From assembly GCA_965153355.1 (NCBI GenBank), contig OZ231126.1, positions 17,174,001-17,238,000 on the forward strand: a stretch of 64,000 bases of DNA. Reading direction: 5' to 3'. The notes under the pieces were generated by a model. It made no database searches and was not told the DNA's origin. It worked only from the letters and a program-made list of their open reading frames with translations. The position numbers and the translations under genes are program-made. Numbering within the stretch: the stretch's first letter is position 1; each line of letters begins with the position of its first letter. The stretch comes from Flaccisagitta enflata (lineage: Eukaryota). Positions 15,580-30,104 of the stretch are shown in pieces.

Positions 15580-17230
15580 AACCAATCCTAAAGAAGTCAA
15601 ATAGATGCTCTCATGATAGTCGTAAAATTATATTCTTGCTCCAAGGACATTGCATAATTGAAAAGACTGAGTTAGTTATTACACAAATGGGCCAATGATC
15701 ACCATGGGTTGATTCAACGAACCTATCAAAATGACAACAGGAGGCCATTTGACAGGCTAACATAGAGCTGCAATATGCTAATGAATTAATTGGTCCCTCT
15801 ACTCTGAACACATGACTGAGGAACAACTGGTTGATTCCATTCCATAAATCTTAAATAATCATGCTTACTCGGTCAAAGGATTATCCAAATAGTTGACCAT
15901 ACCAAGGGTAAAGAGGTATCCCAAGAGAGAAATTCATTGTTTGACTATGCAAAATTCATCTTTTCTTGTTGTGTAAGATCTTACAGATGATTCATTTTTT
16001 AAAACATAATCAAACAGTAAGGAGTGAAATGGATGCTACTACAGTTGCGGTCAACTGATCTAGTTGCTTCAAGAACATTGCGCACTAATTGTTTTTACAT
16101 CAATTGTTGGACTAGTGAACCAGTTCCCCAAACGAGATGAAATAACCTGCCTCTAAAACTGACATTGGGATGGCTACTTATCAGGTACTAAGAGAGCTGC
16201 AATATGCTAATGAGATTAACGGTCTCTCCTCATTCAGTGTTATCAATGCAGGCACCATGGTTGACAGGAGAGACTAGAGGAGAACTAGTTGGTTCATGAG
16301 TTCTGATGCACAACAGGCTGGATCTGGATGGCTCATATGCTACATGCCATAAGAGCATTTCTTGACTACTGGGGCATCAAGATGGAATGAGAAAACACTA
16401 TCTTTAGACTATCTTTTCTCTCTTAGCAGCCTATAAGAATCAAAAGGGTAGGCCCTTTGAGGACAGTCAAATGTTGGGAAAGCATTCCGAATAAGATTCC
16501 ATCTTTTCAACAAGCTGTTACTGAACAGAATCAAAGGTTTTTCTCATCGGGAATAGAAATTTAAGGATTTGATTTTACAAAAAGCTGAATATTGCAAGTT
16601 CTATTCATAGTTGCGGACACGCAACTCTATAAGAGGCTTTGTCCGTCCGTCCGTCCGTCCGTCCGTCCGTCCGTCCGTCCGTCCGTCTGTCCGTCCGTCC
16701 GTAAGCACGAGTCAAAAAGTGGAAAAACGTGCATATCCGCCCCTGCCCACCCGTCCGCAACTGATGGCCGTGTATCCGGCCTTGTTGTGTTCGTGCTAAC
16801 TCTGAATATGTCTGTCTACCAGAATAAACCAAATCAAATTATGCATTTCCATTAGGTGACCCAGTATCATTTCGTCCATGCAGAATTTTGATAATCTTGG
16901 AAATGATCATTCAAGATCTCTAATGATGATCAAAATAGCGATCAAACTGTAAATAGTCAAGTGGATGCCATCATAATTGTTGTTGATCAAAATAGCGATC
17001 AAACTGTAAATAGTCAAGTGGATGCCACCATAATTGTTGTTAAATGATCTCATTGCTTCAAGGACATTGCACATATCAAAAAAGTGTCTTGACCATTGAA
17101 ATAATGGACCAATGATCTACTTGGCATGAATGAAAGTGCCCATAAAATGGACATTCAGGAGACTATCTATTAGGTTACTATAGCGTAACAATATGCTAAT
17201 TAGATTATTGGTCCCTGTTCTCAGTCTTTT
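15580..17230 (+). repeat. Left array: 3 copies of the ~260-bp octamer module (~15580-15810, ~16005-16250, ~16995-17230)
   Basis: Shared ordered motifs AAG[G/A]ACATTGC ... CCA[A/G]T ... GACA..GGA ... CAATATGCTAAT; homologous to the reverse complement of the right-array units. Confidence 0.8.
16608..16786 (+). mobile_element. DINE-like element, family A (young, CpG-intact)
   Basis: AGTTGCGGAC...GTCCGCAACT, (GTCC)n, terminal hairpin. Confidence 0.85.
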
Positions 17231-18439
17231 AAAGGACTCTAGTTGCTTGGAAAAAGCTTTATTTAAAAGACTGTATTTACATTTCATCCATTTTTGAGGA
17301 TGTGAGCAATGCTAATATGACACTGGTCAATTGATATAAAAGCTCCAAGGTCATGAAAGATATCTATTGTAATGGCCCATAGGTCAGGCAAACCCACTTT
17401 AGAAATCGTTTCAAGCAGCAGTTCTGGTTCAAAGAGCAAATCATCAATGAATCAAAAACCTACTTGTGTTTTAAGTAAAAGTTCCCTAGTTTTTCTTCAG
17501 GTTACCCAACACTCAATTAAAACGATTTACAGACATAGATCCTTTAGGTGATATGATTTTACTATTTACACATCAGAGTATGAAATGATTGAAACTACAT
17601 AATGAGAAGTATCCTCTGACATGAAAGAAAAAAGAAAGGTGAACAACAAAAATCAACTTGTCAGTTCATGGGTTTCAAAAAAAAATATTTTTGTAGTCAA
17701 CAGCAAAGAACATCTTACTTCAAGAAAGGATAGCTAATCTACTACAATATGCAAATGAGATTGACACTGATTCAATCTCCTTAACCTTTAGAAAGTCAAA
17801 ATTTTTCCTGACAAAACAATATTGTGTATTCATAAATCCAACATCTTCAGTTGCAAACTTGCTGTGTAGGTCCATCAGTCCAATTGTCTATTTGTATCTT
17901 TTTTAAAATGTGTTTTTTGCTATACTGCCCCTGACTACCCATCCGCAATTGGTGACTGTGTCTGTGGCCATGTTGGTTTATGATTAAAGGCAAAAAAGTG
18001 ATTGGTTGCATCTTCAAAGTTTGATGAAATCATCTGCATATTGCAGAAACTGACTTGGTCTGATCAACGTATTGATCCATATTTTGCAGTTGACTTTTTT
18101 TCTTTTCAATGATTAATCATGACTCTTGATAATATATTAATCGCTTAAACCTTTTTTATCTGCCTCTTAAATTGGAAGCAAGAAACTATCTGTCAATCAA
18201 TCTCACTCATTGAAAAAAGTTTTAAACTTTCATCTTCAATAACATAAAACCAAGGAAAAATTTTGCAGGGGAGGGTAGAAGAGGTACAGATTGTTATAAA
18301 TACCATTTCTTTCTTTTCAAAGAAAATATAGTCTTAGGAAAGTAAGTAGAGCTTAAACGCATAGCAAGGGTTTAGAATTGCAAGTAATGTTTAAGAATGG
18401 AAATTTAATTAGGTCTAGGGGTTGAGAATGATGGTAAAG

Positions 18440-18870
18440 GTGTACAGTTTAGGGCTTGTGGGAAAGGGGTTGGGATAAGGAGTAGATTTAGGTGCAGGGT
18501 TGAGTTCTTGGGTAGGGGTTGAGTAAGGGGTGGAGTTAAGGGAAGGGGTGGGACTAGGGATAGAAGTTGAGTTTGGGGTGGGGGGAGTTAGGGATAGGGG
18601 TGGAGTTAGGGTAGGGGTGGAGTTAGGGGTGGAGTAAGGGGTAGAGGTGGAGTTAGGGGTAGGATTGGGCGAGCTAGGGGTAAGGGGTGGAGGTTGAGTG
18701 TGGGGTCAAAGGTCCATGGTGAGGGTCGAGTCAAGGGTAGGAGTGGGGTAAGAGGTAGGAGTGGAGTTGGCAGCAGGGGGAAGTTAGAGGTAGGGGCTAG
18801 TCTAGGGTTAGGGGTGAGTCAAAAGGTAGGGGTGAGTCCAGGGGTGTCTGAAGGTAGGGGATAGGGCACA
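18440..18870 (+). repeat. G-rich degenerate telomere-like tract (GGAGTTAGGG-type)
   Basis: Dense GGG/GGGG runs; followed by a decayed family-A 3' end at ~18870-18900. Confidence 0.75.
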
Positions 18871-18905
18871 TGACTGGGGTAGCGGTGTGTCCAGCCTCTT
18901 CATCC

Positions 18906-18957
<52 letters not shown>

Positions 18958-19033
18958 CTCTCTCTGTATCTCTCTCTGACAAAGAATCATCGCCATTGGT
19001 TCGTCTTTTCAGTGTTGCGAATCCTGAGAAGGA

Positions 19034-20702
19034 TTTTTAGTCGCGTGCACGCGACTCCACAACCCGCTCTGTCGGTCGGTCCGTCGGTCCGTCGGTCCGT
19101 CCGTCCGTCCGTAACACTTAGCTTTTTTGTGTCGTTTTTGGTCATTTTGGGTCGTCTGGAGTTATTTTGAGCCATTTTTTTGTTGTGTTTGGTCATTTTT
19201 GGTCATTTTTGGTCATCTTTGGTTGTTTTTAGTCATTTTTGGTCATTTTTGGTCATTTTGGTCATTTTGGTTTTTTTTTGGTCATTTAAGGTCATTTTTG
19301 GTCATTTTTGGTCATTTTCGATCATTTTCGATCATTTTTGGTCATTTTTGGTCATATTTGATCATTTTTGGTCATTCTTGATCATTTTTGATCATTTTTG
19401 GTCATTTTTGGTCATTTTGGTCATTTTGGCCATTTTGGTTTTTATGGTCAGTTTAGGGCATTTTTGGTCATTTTTGGTCATTATTAGTCATTTTTGGTCA
19501 TTTTTGGCCATTTTGGCCATTTTGGTCATTTTGGTCATTTTGGTCATTTTTGGTCATTTTTGATCATTTTTGGTCATTTTTGGTCATTTTTGGTCATTTT
19601 TGGTCATTTTTGGTCATTTTTGGTCATTTTTGGTCATTTTGGTCATTTTGGGTCATTTTTGATCATTTTTGGTCATTTTGGTCATTTTTGATCATTTTTG
19701 GTCATTCTTGATCATTTTTGGTCATTTTTGGTCATTTTTGGTCATTTTGGTCATTTTTGGTCATTTTTGGTCATTTTTGGTCATTTTTGGTCATTTTGGT
19801 CATTTTTGGTCATTTTTGGTCATTTTTGGTCATTTTGGTCATTTTTGGTCATCTTTGGTCATTTTTGGTCATCTTTGGTCATTTTTGATCATTTTTGGTC
19901 ATTTTTGAACATTTTCGGTCATTTTTGATCATTTTTGATCATTTTTGGCCATTTAGGTCATTTTTGGTCATCTTTGGTCATTTTTGATCATTTTTGATCA
20001 TTTTTGATCACTTTTGGTTATTTTGGGTCATTTTTGATCAGTTTTGGTCATTTTGGTCATATTTGGTCATTTAAGGTCATTTTTGAACATTTTTGATCAT
20101 TTTTGATCATTTTTGATCATTTTTGGTCATTTTTGGTCATTTTTGGTCATTTTTTGTTTAAGTCTGCTGGTTTAAGTCTGCTGGTTTAAGTCGGCTGATT
20201 TAAGTTGGCTGGTTTATGTTGGCTGGTTTAAGTCAGCTGGTTTAAGTTGGCTGGATTAGGTTGGCTAGTTTAAGTCAGCAGATTTAGGTCTGCTGGTTAA
20301 GGTCTGCTGGTTAAAGTCTGCTGGTTTAAGTCTGATGGTTTAAATCTGCTGGTTTAAGTCTGCTGGTTTAAGTCTGCTGGTTTAAGTCTGCTGGTTTAAG
20401 TCTGCTGGTTTAAGTCGGCTGGTTTAAGTCGGCTGCTTTAAGTCGGCTGGTTTAATTCTGCTGGTTTCGGTCTGGTTTTGGTCTGGTTTAAGTCTGGTTT
20501 GAGTCTGGTTTGAGTCTGGTTTGAGTCTGGTTTGAGTCTGGTTTGAGTCTGGTTTGAGTCTGGTTTGAGTCTGGTTTGGGACTGGTTTGGTTCTGGTTTG
20601 GGTCTGGTTTAAGTCCAATTTTCGAAAAAAAAAGATCAATAAGGAGTCAGGTCAGTTTAGTTATTTTTGTCCTGCACGGGACTTATAGGTGTTGGCCTTG
20701 TT
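19034..20702 (+). mobile_element. DINE/Helentron-like element (family A variant) carrying (GGTCATTTTT)n and (GGTTTAAGTCTGCT)n satellites
   Basis: Starts TTTTTAGTCGCGTGCACGCGACT, has a GTCC/GTCG microsatellite, ends GGCCTTGTTT, and is inserted into a T-run. Confidence 0.75.
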
Positions 20703-20735
20703 TTGTGAACATGGACTTGATGAAGGAGAGGATGG

Positions 20736-20765
20736 TTAGGGTTAGGGTTAGGGTTAGGGTTAGGG
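20736..20765 (+). repeat. Interstitial telomeric repeat (TTAGGG)5
   Basis: Direct reading. Confidence 0.95.
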
Positions 20766-20819
20766 TCCATAGCCCAAAATTTTCTAAACACCATTTCTAA
20801 CATATTCTGTCTATTTCTG

Positions 20820-22845
20820 TTCATGTCTCTTGCCTCCTCATGCCTGCTCATGTCTCCTTTTCTCTCTTCATGTCTCCTTTTCTCTCTTCATGTCTCCTCA
20901 TGTCTGGTCAAGTCTCCTCATGTCTCTTTGTGTCTCCTCATGCCTGCTAATATCTCCTTATTCCTCTTCATGTCTCCTGTGTCTTCATGTCTCTTTAAGT
21001 CCATTCATGCCCGTTCATCTTTGCTCATGTATCCTCATGTCTCATGACTTTTCATGTCTTTTCATTTTTCTCCATATTTCCTCATCTTTTTCATTTCATG
21101 TTATGTCTACTCAAGTCTCTTCATGTCTCCTCATGACTTTTCATGTCTCTTCATTTCTTCGCATGTCTCTCCAAGTGTCCGCATATTTCTTCATATCTCA
21201 TCATGTCTCCTCATGTCTTTCCAAGGGTCCTCATGTCCCTTCATATCTCATCCATTCTTTACATGTATCTTCATGTCTCCTCATGTCTCCTCATGTCTCC
21301 TCATGTCCCTTCATGTCCCCTCCATTCTTTTCATGTGTCTTCATGTCCCATCATAACTCTTGTAGTTTTCTCCTGTTTCTTCATGTTTCTTCATGTCTTT
21401 TTATGTCTTTTCTATTCTTTTCATGTCTCCTCATGTCTCCTTATGTTTCCTGATGTCTCTTCATCTCTCCTCATTTCTTTTCATGTCTTTTCATGTGTCC
21501 TAATGTCTTCTCCGGTCAATTCATGTCTCCTTATTTCATTTTATGTCTTTTCATGTCTCTTTATGTCTCTCCACAAAGATACATTAAGAAACATGAAAAG
21601 AGATGGAGAGACATCAAAAGACAAGAGAAGACATGAAAAGACATGAAAAGACATGAAGAGACATGAGACGACATGAAAAGACATGAAGAGGTATGAAGAA
21701 GCATGAAGAGATATAAACAGACATGAGGAGATATGAAAAGACATGGAAAGACCTTAGCAGACATGAGCGACATGAGGATACATGAAGAGACATGAGTAGA
21801 CATTAAAAGAAATTAGGAGACGTGGATAGACATGAGAAGACATGAAAGACATGAAAGACAAGAAAAGACATGATAAGACATGAAGAGACATAAAGACACA
21901 TGAAAAGACTTTAAGAGACATGAAAAATATGAATAGACATGAGGAAACATAAAGAGAAATGAGGGGACATGAGGAGACATGAGGAGACATGAAAACACAT
22001 GAAAAGACATAAAAAGAAATGAGGAGACATGAAGAGACATCAGGAAACATGAGGAGACATGAGGAGACATGAAATGATTTGAAAAGACATGAGGAGACAT
22101 GAAGAGACATGAAGAGACAAAAAAAATGAAGAAACATGAGGAGACTACAAGAGACATGAGGAGACATGAAGACACATGAAAAGACATGAAGAGACATGCG
22201 AAGACATATGGAGACATGAAAGGACATGAGTCGACATGAAAAGATATGAAAAGATTTTGTACTACATGGAAAGACAGGAGAGACATGAAAAGTCATGAGG
22301 AAACATTAGTAGACATGAAGAGACATGAGAAGACACAAAGAGACAAAAAAGACATGAAAAGACATAAGAAAATAAGGAGATATGAAAAACCGTGAGAAGA
22401 CATAAAGAGACTTAAAAAAAAAAGAAAGAGACATGAAAAGACATGAAGAAACATGAAGAGAAATGAGGAGACAAGAAGAGACATGAGAAGACAAGAAGAG
22501 ACATGAAAAGACATAGAGAGATGTGAAGAGACATACGTAGACATAAAAAACATAAAGAGACATGAGGAAACATGAGGAGACATAAGGAGATATAAAGGGA
22601 CATGAAAAGAAAAAAAACAACATAAAGAGACATGAAACCACATGAAGAGACATGAGGAGACAAGAGGAGACAAGAGGAGACAGAGAAGACATGGAGGTAT
22701 ATGTGGAGACATAAATCATGAAAACAGATGTGGAGACATGAGGAGACATAAGGAGACATGAAATGACATGAGGAGACATAAAGAGTAATGAATAGACATA
22801 AAGGGATAAGAAGAGACATGAGGAGACACATGGAAAGACATGAAG
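20820..22845. repeat. Degenerate 10-bp satellite (TCATGTCTCC)n switching to its reverse complement near 21575
   Basis: Direct reading of the repeat units. Confidence 0.95.
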
Positions 22846-23233
22846 ATCCTCTACTTCACTTACAATCTTTCCCTGTAGTCTTCTGAGGAAAAGGTTCATG
22901 CAAACCCACACAGCTAAATGCACCTAGGCTACACACAGACTTTGATTTTCCAAGATCAAAAAAATTCCATTTCTTTTTCTCTCCCTATCTCTTTTTTCAA
23001 GACAACAGCCTGGCCTCACATGTTTGACTTGATCGAGAGAGAGAGAGAGGGAGACATGAAGAGGAATAAGGAGATATTAGCAGGTGTGAGGAGACACAAA
23101 GAGACATGAAAAGACATGACCAGACATGAGGAGACACAAGAGACACAAGGAGACATGAAGAAACACAAGGTGACATAAGGAGACATGAGGAAGCATGAGG
23201 AGGCAAGAGACATGAAAAGAAATGGACTTTGGA

Positions 23234-23256
23234 CCCTAACCCTAACCCTAACCCTA
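23234..23256 (-). repeat. Interstitial telomeric repeat (CCCTAA)3+
   Basis: Direct reading; inverted partner of 20736-20765. Confidence 0.95.
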
Positions 23257-23349
23257 CCACCCTCTCCTTCATCATGTTCATGTTCACAAAAAATCCTTCT
23301 CAGGATTAGCAAAACTGAAAAGACGAACCGATGGCGATGATTCTTTGTC

Positions 23350-24265
<916 letters not shown>

Positions 24266-24301
24266 AGAAAGTCACACTCTGTCACACTCTGTCTCTTATC
24301 C

Positions 24302-25470
24302 TTTTTGGGCAGCGGCCCCGAAGGGGTCGATGACCTATGCTTTCACACATATGGGGGATTTTCTCCTTCTCCTCTTTCTTCCTCTACGTCCTCCCCCCCT
24401 CAAATCCTAGTCTCGAAGCCCAAATTCCAGTCTCGAGGCCCAAATCCCAGTCTTGAGGCCCACATCCCAGCCTCAAGGCCCAAATCATAGCCTCCAGGCC
24501 TAAATCCTAGCCTGGAGGCCCAGATTTCAGTCTTGAGGCCCAAATCTCAGCCTCAATGTCAAAGTCTCAGCCGAGAGGCCAAGATCCACGCCTTGAGGCC
24601 CAAATCTCAGCCTCCAGGCTAGGATTTGGGCCTTAAGGCTAGGATTTGGGCCTTGAGGCTGGGATGTGGGCCTCAAGACTGGGATTTGGGCCTTGAGACT
24701 GGAATTTGAGCCTCGAGACTGGGATTTGAGGGGGAGGGACGGAAGAGGAGAAGGAGAAAATCCCCCATATGTGTGAAAGCATAGGTCATCGACCCCTTTG
24801 GGGCGCTGCCCTGCTCCCCCTCAACTTCAACCACAACCTACAGTAGATGTCGTCTAGACTTGGAAATACGGGGGAATTCTTTACAGGAAGACAAATAAAC
24901 TTAAGAGACTGATATTTGAAATATAAACTAATAAAAGGATGCTTTATTGCCCATGGGTGTTGGTTGCTATGGAAACACATTTCCATGTATTCATGCCAAA
25001 GTATCAATATTTTGAGAAATTTTTTGAGGGAACATTGTTTAAAATGAAATTTGCTACAACTTTCCCACAGTATGTTCTGTAAGAATATTGCTCGTTTGGC
25101 GGTTGCTAGGGAGCATCACAGGGCTGTCACACATAGTTACGCTCCCTAGCAACGGCTAAACTAGCAATATTCTTACAGAACTTATTGTGGGAAAGTTATA
25201 TCAAATTTTATTTTAAACAATGTTCCTTCAAAAAATTTCTCAAAATATTGATACTTAAGCGTGAATACATAGAAATGTGTTTCCATGGCAACCAACACCC
25301 ATGGGCAATAAAGTATCCTTTAATTAATCTATATTCCAAATAACATTCTCTTAAGTTTATTCATCTTCCTGTAATGAATTCCCCCATATTTCCAAGTCTA
25401 GACGACATCTACTGTACATAGGCAGGGCACAGGTACCGCTGACCATCTAATGCTTTTGCGGCTATTTCCT
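24302..25470 (+). mobile_element. DINE-like element, family B, with a nested MITE
   Basis: Family B termini, inverted 21-bp repeats; tail GCAGGGCACAGGTACCGCTGACC resumes after the MITE. Confidence 0.75.
24841..25414. mobile_element. Near-perfect palindromic Tc1/mariner-type MITE
   Basis: ta|CAGTAGATGTCGTCTAGACTTGGAAATA ... TATTTCCAAGTCTAGACGACATCTACTG|ta; arms of about 280 bp. Confidence 0.9.
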
Positions 25471-28235
25471 TAATCATCCCTATTTCTAAATTCACCCCTC
25501 CCATGGGACTAAACCCTAACCTTGAAATCAACTCTCAAAACCTAAGCTTAATTGCATCTTTTATGCCTTTTGAATGTCTGAACTGAAACTCCTCAAAAGA
25601 TAACTAATCTGAGAATTTGTTTTCAATGTTAATCCTTTGACATTTTAATAAAAGATAAGCCCCTTATTCCTGTCCCCCCAAAAAACCTATACGATGATAA
25701 CAAATGTTGAAGTGGAAGGTCATAAACATTCCTTTTGAATGAGTGAGATTTGTTGACAGACAGTGTCCTCCCACCAGAACAAGACATGAAACAGAAAGAT
25801 ACTTGAGAACTGGACATCTTCAAGAGTCAAGATTTATTATAGAATACAATAAATTCATACATGCAACGTGGCTGAGGATTTTGATCAGGAGAAGACAATA
25901 TCTGCAATATGCAAATGATTTCATGGATTTTTAAAGGAGTAGCCAATCTTCCTCTTGACAAAAACTTGCTTTCTAAAACCAAAAATGTTTGATTGATTGA
26001 TTGATAAACATCATCAAAAAGATTTTGCCTACAGAGTTCTGCATCTATTGACTAAAATTTTTGCCAAATCCAAATCATGGCCATTTTTGTAAGAGGAGAA
26101 CAAGATTTTTCCATTCGTTAACATTTTGACTTTCTTCAGGCCAGATTCAATATCATTTGCATATTGTAGAGTGCAATTAAACCTCTCTTGTTTATGATTT
26201 TAATCAATTTTTTTTTCTTATTACTTCAAAAATGCCTTTGAATGAAATCCATGAACTATAGATTTGATCCATATTTTGTTCATGTCAAAAGATATCTTTT
26301 GTGATGTAGGTTTAAAAGTTTCTTTCACTGTGATATAAAAAGTATTTTTGAAAAGGAAATATGCCAGAGCAAAATTACACTTGGCTGCATTGGTTTTTCT
26401 TAGTCTTAATTATTGGGGCTCACTGCAACCTAATCTTATATCCTTAACAATATCTTTGCCCTTCCCTTTAGACATCGCCACGAACCTGTCAGTACCCTTT
26501 TGACCCATTCATGGGCAACCTTGCCATTTTTGAATGAGAACTGACAGACAGAGAACCATCCATATGTCTTCCACCCATTTTCCCGACATTTTATGCAGCT
26601 AAAACAGTAAAAAAGGCTTAGAAGGAGCACTGTCAATCTCATTTGCATATTGCAGCACTACAGTGACCTAGAAAAAAACTCCCTGAATACCCTTTTTTTT
26701 AAGGCATCGATTGGTCTCTAGTAGATCATCGGTCCATAAGTCTAAAAATCAAGTCCATCTCTTGATATCTGCAACGCTTAAGAGTCATTCTGTAATTGGA
26801 CCCCTATCATATTGGAATTCATTTTGCTCTTAACAGTCTAAAAAGACCAAAAAAAAAAAACTTCTTTTCAACAAAACTGTGTTACTTCTCAAAGGGTGAT
26901 AGGCTGACTTAGCTTACCTGATAACTAATCTTTGCGTTTCTGAAAAAGTGTGAGTTTAATTCAGTTCCTCTCTTCAGGTCCCCTGACAAACCAGTCTATG
27001 CCCTCAACATCTGTTGACTCACGAGCCATCTGATCAGTTGTTAGTGAGAATTGAGAGATAGAGAACCTTCCACTTGTTCCCCCCCCCCCTTTCTTTTCAA
27101 CCAATGTTGAAGCCAAATCAGTATGGAACACTGAGAAGGTACACTGTCAATCTTATTTGCATATTGCAGCACTACAGTAACGTAGACCAAACTTCCTGAA
27201 TGTCGTTTTTTGAAGGTGTATGAATCAGCATTTTGTAGATCATTAGTCCATCAGTCTAACATTCATGTCCATTTCTTAATATCTGCAAAGCCTCAGAGCC
27301 ATTCCATACTTTGACCACTATCTTTTATGACTTGGTTTTGCTCCTTTCAGTCAGACAAAGACCTAGAAAATCCCAAATACATAGGGCATGTACAGAAAGA
27401 TGATACATTAACTGTGATCATCCCAATTATTCAGGAAGTTCCCTTCACACCTATCGACTGGCTTTTAACAAAACTAACAGATGAAGACCTATAAATCTGT
27501 CTTCTTTTTTTTTATTGGTTCATGCAGCTAAAACAGTATAAATATTGGGTAGGGACACTGTCAATCTCATTTGCATATTGCAGTTCTATAGTAATCTAAT
27601 AAAAACATCCTGAATATCATTTCTTTCAGGGGTATAAAATGATCTCTAGTAGATCATTGGTCCAAAAATCCAATACATAGGTACATAGCAATGCCTAAGA
27701 GTCCTCACATAATTGGACCATTTTTATGTTGAAATTCATTTTGCTCCAAATAATCTTACAGAGACCAAAGAAATAACATCTATCGGTGCTTACTTTGCAT
27801 AGTAATAACATGTGTCTCACTTTTTTCTTCCCTTAATGAATTATTGACTTGCGAGCAATTTGGCAAAATGTGAAAGAGAACTGATTATCTTCTACCCCTT
27901 TTTTCAGCATACTATGCAGGCAAACAGTATAAAAGACTCAGAAGGGACACTGTCAATCTTATTTGCATATTGCAGTCCTATAGTGACCATAAAAAAAGTT
28001 CCTAAATGACATATTTTCAGGTGCATAGATCGGCCTTTAGTCGATAATTAGTTCATCAGTCTAACAGTCAAGTCCATTTCTTGATATCTGCAATGCCTAA
28101 GAGCCATTGCATAATTTGAGCACTACCATTTTGGAATTCATTTTGCTCCTTACTGTCAGATAAACACTTAAAAGATTTTTCACCTCGGCTAACATGAAAA
28201 ATAATTGCATTTTTGAAAAACTGTTAACTCAGTTT

Positions 28236-28733
28236 ATGTTTGCAGACACGCATCTCTATAAAATGCTTTGACTGTCTGTTTTTCCATTTGTTTGTCTATA
28301 GAGGTGATTGAGTAGAAAAGTGGAAAGTTGAGCGTTTTGGATACATTTTGTGTGTATGGAGTGGGGCGTTGGGGTTAGATGCCCCTGCCCACCCATTCGC
28401 AATGAACTTGTGAACCTGCGTCATGTGTTCTCTTCAGATTTCCTAACGAACCAGTCTATGCCTTTTTCACCCATTGACTGATGAGCCATCTGATCAGTTG
28501 TTAGGGATGATTAAGAGACAGAGAACCTTCCTCTTGTTTTCCACCCCTTTTTTTGTCACGTGCCAGTGACTCTACAACCACCTTTGTCCATCTGTCCGTC
28601 AGTCGGTTGGTCCCAATTTTACTTTTTTTTATGATTTCATTTCTTTGACCTCACTGCCCCTGCCTGAATGGTCTAGTGACCTCAAATGTGGCCCCTGCCC
28701 ACCCGCACAGTAGCTGTGTATCCGGCCTTGTTT
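28236..28733 (+). mobile_element. Two decayed family A elements (~28236-28430 and ~28550-28733) inside the right array
   Basis: CCCCTGCCCACCC cores and family A ends with CpG-to-TpG/CpA changes. Confidence 0.7.
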
Positions 28734-29594
28734 CAACCAATTTTGCAGCCAAATCAGTATGAAACACTGAAAGGGGACCCTGTCAATCTTGTTTGCATAT
28801 TGTAGCTCTATAGTGACCTAGAACAAACTTTCTGAATATTATTTTTTTTCAGGTGCATGAATCGGCGTTTTGTAGATCATTAGTCCATCAGTCTTGCAGT
28901 CAAGTCCATTTCTTGATATTTGCAATGCCTCAGAGCCATTCCATAACTTGACCACTACCTTTCATTAATTGATTTTGCTCCTTACAGTCTTACAAACACC
29001 TAAAAAATCTAATGAACCTGAGGGCTGAGGCATATACAAAAATTATTTATTGCAGCCCAACCTTTGAATTGGTAAATGCCCTTCACTCCCATTGACTCAC
29101 AAGTCAAGACTCAAGAGCAATCTGGTTGGTTAACAATACAGCTAACACATAGATAATCATACGTTTGTCTTCAACTCTTTATATTAACCTTTCATGCAGC
29201 TGAAACAGTATGAAAGATTCAGTAGGGACACTGTCAATTTCATTTGCATATTGCAGCTCTATAGCGACCTAATAAAAACTTCCTGAATGTCTTTTTTTCA
29301 GGGGCATTGATTGCTCTTTAGTAGATCATTGGTCTAATAGTCCAATACATAGGTTCATCACTTGACTTCAGCAATGTCTTAGAGTTATTTCATATTTGGA
29401 TCTCTTTCATAATGAAATTCATTTTGCTCCTAACAGTTTTACAGGGACCCAAAAAATAACATTGAACCACGCATGATTAAGACATAAAGGTTATCTCAGT
29501 TCTTCCCTCATTCAACCATTGACTTGCAAGTGATCGGGCAAAATATAAATGAGAATCAAGAGAGAGAGAGATTCATTCAATTGTCTTCTACCCC

Positions 29595-30104
29595 TTTTTG
29601 GGCAGCGGCCCGAAAGGGGATGAAGTCCTGTAGAACACAGAGGAACTTTTGTTTGTTGGTTTGTTTGTCCATTTGTTTGTCTCCCCCAGGCCCTCTCAGG
29701 CCTGAAATCAGCCCTTTCAGGCCTGACATCTGCCTGCTCAGGCCTGAAATCTGCCTTCTCAAGCCTAAAATCTGCCCTCTCAGGCCTGAAATCTGCCCTC
29801 TAGGACCTTGAATCTGTCCTATCAGGCCTGAAATATGCTCTCTCAGGCCTCAAACCTGCCCTCTCAGAGTCAGGACTGAGAGTGTAGATTTCAGGCCTGA
29901 GAGAGCCTGAGAGAGCCTGAGAGAGCCTGACAGGGCCTGGGGGAATAGATTTACAGACGGAAGAAAGAACAAACAAAAGTCCTCCTGTGTTCTAAAGGAC
30001 TTTGTCCCCTTTGGGGCCGCTGCCCTACTTCCTTTTATTCTGATTCACAACTATGCAAAGCAGGGCAACGGGTATCGCTGACCACATATTCTTGGGCGAC
30101 TAGT
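29595..30104 (+). mobile_element. DINE-like element, family B, inserted in the right array
   Basis: Family B termini, inverted 21-bp repeats, T-run insertion site. Confidence 0.8.

Noticed and set aside
20736-23256. Telomere-telomere fusion site
   Set aside because: Only 3-5 repeats, embedded symmetrically within the arms of an inverted-repeat element.
27900-29460. Hammerhead ribozyme, SECIS, IRE or C/D snoRNA motifs in the unit
   Set aside because: CTGATGA occurs in only one unit, and the required stems and boxes are not conserved.
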